A stretch of DNA of 31,439 nt from Eledone cirrhosa (lineage: Eukaryota): the NCBI GenBank assembly GCA_964016885.1, contig CAXHJY010001074.1:1-31439 (forward strand). Direction: 5' to 3'. The notes beneath the pieces are model-generated. The model did no database searches, was not told where the DNA came from, and saw nothing but the letters and a program-made list of their open reading frames with translations. Of the stretch, positions 27,744 to 31,439 are shown one piece after another; within the stretch, counting starts at the first letter, position 1; each line of letters opens with the position of its first letter. Position numbers and translations under genes: made by a program.

Positions 27744-30700
27744 TTAATTGTAAGTTGTGATGTTGCTGTTCCACTCATATTTTCTATTTAATTTTGCTTG
27801 TAATTCTTTTATGTTTATTGCCTCTGTAATTTGTCTAAACATTGCGTCTTTTCTGTGTGTAGATTCTATTTTTATTTCTATGTTCTCTAATTTACCCTTG
27901 TGTTCTATTTTAGCATGTTGATAGAGTACAGATGATTCTTTATTAACTTGAAGGTCTCGCCAGTGTTCATTTATCCGTTCCCCCTACACTACGAGCTGTC
28001 TCACCTATGTACACTATATTTTTGTCTCTACATTGTCCTTCAGTACATCTTATGCTATACACTACATTTCTAGTTTTACAGTTAATATGGGGGCTTATTT
28101 TACAGGTTATACATTTCTTATCTATACATGAGGGTCTTTGAAAAGGGTATGTCTTGCTAATAACTGTTTTTACGGGGGTACCTGGACTTTCTACTATCTT
28201 AATATTGTGTTTTTGTTTATTTAGGGCCCTTCTAAATTTGTAAGCTAATTCACCTCTAGGGGTTGTATTGATGAACATTACACTCTGGTATTTATTGCTA
28301 TCATACCATGAGTTTATTCTATTAGCCTTGTTCCTAGTTCTTTCTATTCTATTCCAAAATTTGCTCCTATACAAGGGCAGGTCCCATTTATGTCATTATT
28401 TACCATTTTTTTCCCATTTGGTTCTGGCTCCTCTATACACTCTGATTTTATCTCTCTGATTGTAGCCAGAGAACTGCATACGGTGATGAAGTGTTGTATG
28501 TGTCTCTCTAGTTCTTCGGGGTTGCACATGCGGGACACATTTCTCATCACCCGTACCAAATCCGCAATCAGTATGTTGATTTTGGTATGGTCCGAAACGG
28601 CCGAGTTTCGGTGGATCAGATGTTTGGAAGTCATGGGTTTGGCATAATGGAAATGGAGGATTTGTTTGTGTTGTTAATGGTATCTAACCAGAGCTCTGTG
28701 TCTAGTACAGGTAATCGATGGTTGGGGTGTTTACTTGGGTAGTCTATAGTAACTCTAATGCTCTGGTGGATGGAGTTTGCTATTTGCTGGATGCTTTCCA
28801 TTGTGTTTTTCCCTAGTTCCTGACTGTTCTCTAGTGGGGGTGTCTTAACTACGATGTTTATATCATCTACGTAGCGGGAGTACATTATCAGGGTTAAGGG
28901 GTCTTCTAGTTGTTCTTTAAGTTTAAGTTTAAGTCTACTGTCCCCACCATACCATGAATAAGTTAGCTATGTCGCCTGCAATGCTAACACCAATGGCTGT
29001 TCCTTCCTCTTGGGCATATGTTTTTCCATTAAATTTGAACATATGTTCCTTAAGGGTTAGTTTTATGCTGGCCCCTACCGCATGTGCAATCATTTTCTTC
29101 AGTTCATCGTGGTTTTCGGGTGTCCGTATGGCTCTGGTCCACCCGTTCCATCTATCTGTGTGGGTTTTCTTGGCCATTGAGGTAATGGTAGGTGGTCTGC
29201 CTCTTGCTGGTCTTGTAGGGCACAGGTTGCTAAGGTCATATGTGTCTAGGTAATTATTACTATAGGTAAGCTTAAGTAGGAGTCCCAGCTCACTGGTATC
29301 AATCCCACGGAACTCAACCTTGCTCTCACTGATCATTTCTACGCATTTCTCCACAGCAAAATCCACGTCAATAGATGGATACAGGGACACAACATCCATA
29401 CTGCCTATTATGCAGTTTGTTAGGTCCCCAGATCGGTTACCCACGCCGATTCTGCTGAGGAGGTCCTCCGTGCTGTCACATACATCTGGGGACATTTCAA
29501 TGATGGGGCGTATGATCAGGGAGAGGAAGTAGGACAGTCTGTAGTTACTAGCAATGTTAGCTCCACAGACTGGCCGTGTTGGTGGTCCCGCGACAGGGTC
29601 ACAGCCCGTTTTATGGTCTTTTCGAAGCCCATACAACGCCGGCACGTTCATTGTTCCAGGCCTGGAAGTTGTTGGCAGTCCTTTTGTTGGGCTGCATTAT
29701 ATTCGTCCACATCACCATATGGGCATTGAGGGCTTTTTCTCTATCCCCATGCTCCTGTGGCGTTACCTCTCTTGTGTTAGTAATGTGGGTTGCATTGCCT
29801 GGATGTAGTTTGGCAGGCTGTAAACCGACATTCTGCCAGACTTGTCTGTTGGAAAGCATGCTATCTCTCCATTACGTGAGCGCTGCATGAGCTTACGCAA
29901 GCCATTTGCAGATTTTTCTCCCAGTTGCTGGGCCTCCATTCTATTATGCTTCTTGCTATACTGTTCTATAATATTTCTAAGTTCGGATCTAGCTATACTA
30001 AATTGTGCTTCTGTTTGTTCATCGACCTGCGACGGCAATTGCGTGCGTTTGTTAAATGGTAAAGTCGTGGCGTGGACTCGTCGCAGGTCGAATGATTTAT
30101 CGGAGGGATTATAAAACGTAGAGTTCCAGGCTGCTGCTTTATGTGTACTAGTGCTATTGTTATTGTTAGTTGTGTTGTTTCTATTTCTATTTCCACCAAC
30201 AGCCTCATGGTTGTTTCTATGTCTCTCATATTACTCCTGTCTCTTTCCACTGGCTCGTTGTTGTTATCTACCCTATTTTATGTGTCTGTGTATTCGTCTT
30301 GGTTATTCTCTTTGTCCTTAGTCTCCCTTCTCTTTTTAATCCTATTACTTTCCCTTATTTCTGTGATTTCTGTGCTACTGTCATTACTTGTTTTCTGTGT
30401 CTGTGTGTTTGTTAAGATTGTGGTGGTGGTGAGAGGCATTGAATGTGTGTGTGTTGTTGTTGTTGATGTGTGCTGTTGTTGATGTGTGTTGTTGTTGTCT
30501 CCGTGTGTGTTATTGTTGTTGTGTGTGTTGTTATTGTTGTTTGTGTCTGCGTGTCTGTTGTTTCTGGGTATGTTGTTGTTGGTGTGTGTGTTGTTGTTAT
30601 TGTTGTTTGTGTCTGTGTGTCTGTTGTTGTTGTTGGGATGTGTGTTGTATATGTGTGTGCGTATATTGTTGCTTTTGTTTTTGTTTTTGAGGCTCCAGCG

Positions 30701-31422
30701 TAGTTTTGTAAATGATTTTTCTATTTCTGACAGACAACTAATCATATTTACCTTCTTGAATGTCGCAAATTTCGGGGGTAAACATAACACAGATATCTCA
30801 TCGTCATCTATTCTTGTGTTACCGTATATATTTGTGTTGTTGTTGTGTTGAACTCTTCTGTTAATGAGGTGTCGGCCATATTTATACCGTCAATTTTGTC
30901 GGGATATCTATTGGTATTCTCTATAGTATCCTGATTTAGCTTTATCTGCTTAAGCCAATTTAGTTTCTTGTTAAAGTGCTTATCAGATTCTTGAGTAATG
31001 TACTGTTCTTCAGGCGTATAAGGCTTATAAATATTAGTTTCTCTCTTGGTGTGGTGATCCTAGCTATTTCTTGTATTAGGTTACGCTTATGTTTTTCTTG
31101 ATGACTTAATTCTCTATAGATCTTCTTTTTTATGTTTAGAATTAATGTTCGTTTTAGCCTATCTGCTTGTTTTTTGGTGAGTTGTAATCTTCTAACGTCG
31201 GTGTTGATGGTGTTGGTGTAAACTCGGGATGAGGCACATTCTTTTATGAAGTGTAGTTGTCGAGATGTTATGGTTTTTCGTAGACAACAGAACATGGTGG
31301 TTTTCAGTATCTTGTTAGCCTGGCCTAAGGCTTACGATATTTCGTTTCTGAATTTGTTTAGCAAGATTCTTTATCTGAAATCGTAATAAATTTATAAATT
31401 TGTTATACTTTGGGAGGGTCAT
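27744..31422 (-). pseudogene. PLE RT-GIY-YIG polyprotein, frameshifted as written (possibly intact in vivo)
   Basis: ATG 31422; HFIKEC, LCLPPKFA, PTDKSG, YGLRKDHK, RPVCG, SMDVVSLYPSI, GTAIG, YSRYVDD, LPVLD, CIDKKCITC, VVYSIRC, YIGETAR, EH, LNRKYEW; stop 27744. Confidence 0.9.
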
Positions 31423-31439
31423 GTTGCCAATAAGAAACA

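Larger units (their letters stand above)
27351..31439 (-). mobile_element. Full-length PLE family G (Naiad-like) in partial tandem arrangement
   Basis: Direct repeat tgttatactttgggagggtcatgttgc at 27352 and 31401; whole ORF between; upstream pLTR runs off the window. Confidence 0.92.

Overview
Eukaryotic, extremely AT-rich window with no host gene. Roughly half is complex (TA)n/(TATG)n microsatellite, and the many 'YIYI' ORFs are artefacts of it. Almost every non-TA island is a retroelement inserted into TA. These include three coding families of Penelope-like elements (PLEs; here A, B and G, with RT and/or GIY-YIG), several non-coding pLTR/retrozyme-like families (C, D, F and small islands), a 5'-truncated RTE LINE with a PHD-type finger, and a tRNA-SINE fragment. 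The RTE 3' end and SINE core resemble octopus repeats, so the host may be a cephalopod (inference). The main hidden signal is at the RNA level. By eye I find about 16 hammerhead ribozyme (HHR) motifs from 8 different sequence families. They include minimal dimer-type forms, forms with giant stem II (85 and 116 nt), and variant catalytic cores (UUGAAAA, UGGAUAA, CCGUUGA). Many copies sit in fold-back palindromes with family-fixed long and short ends. All folds were made by hand; coordinates are approximate to a few bases at element edges.
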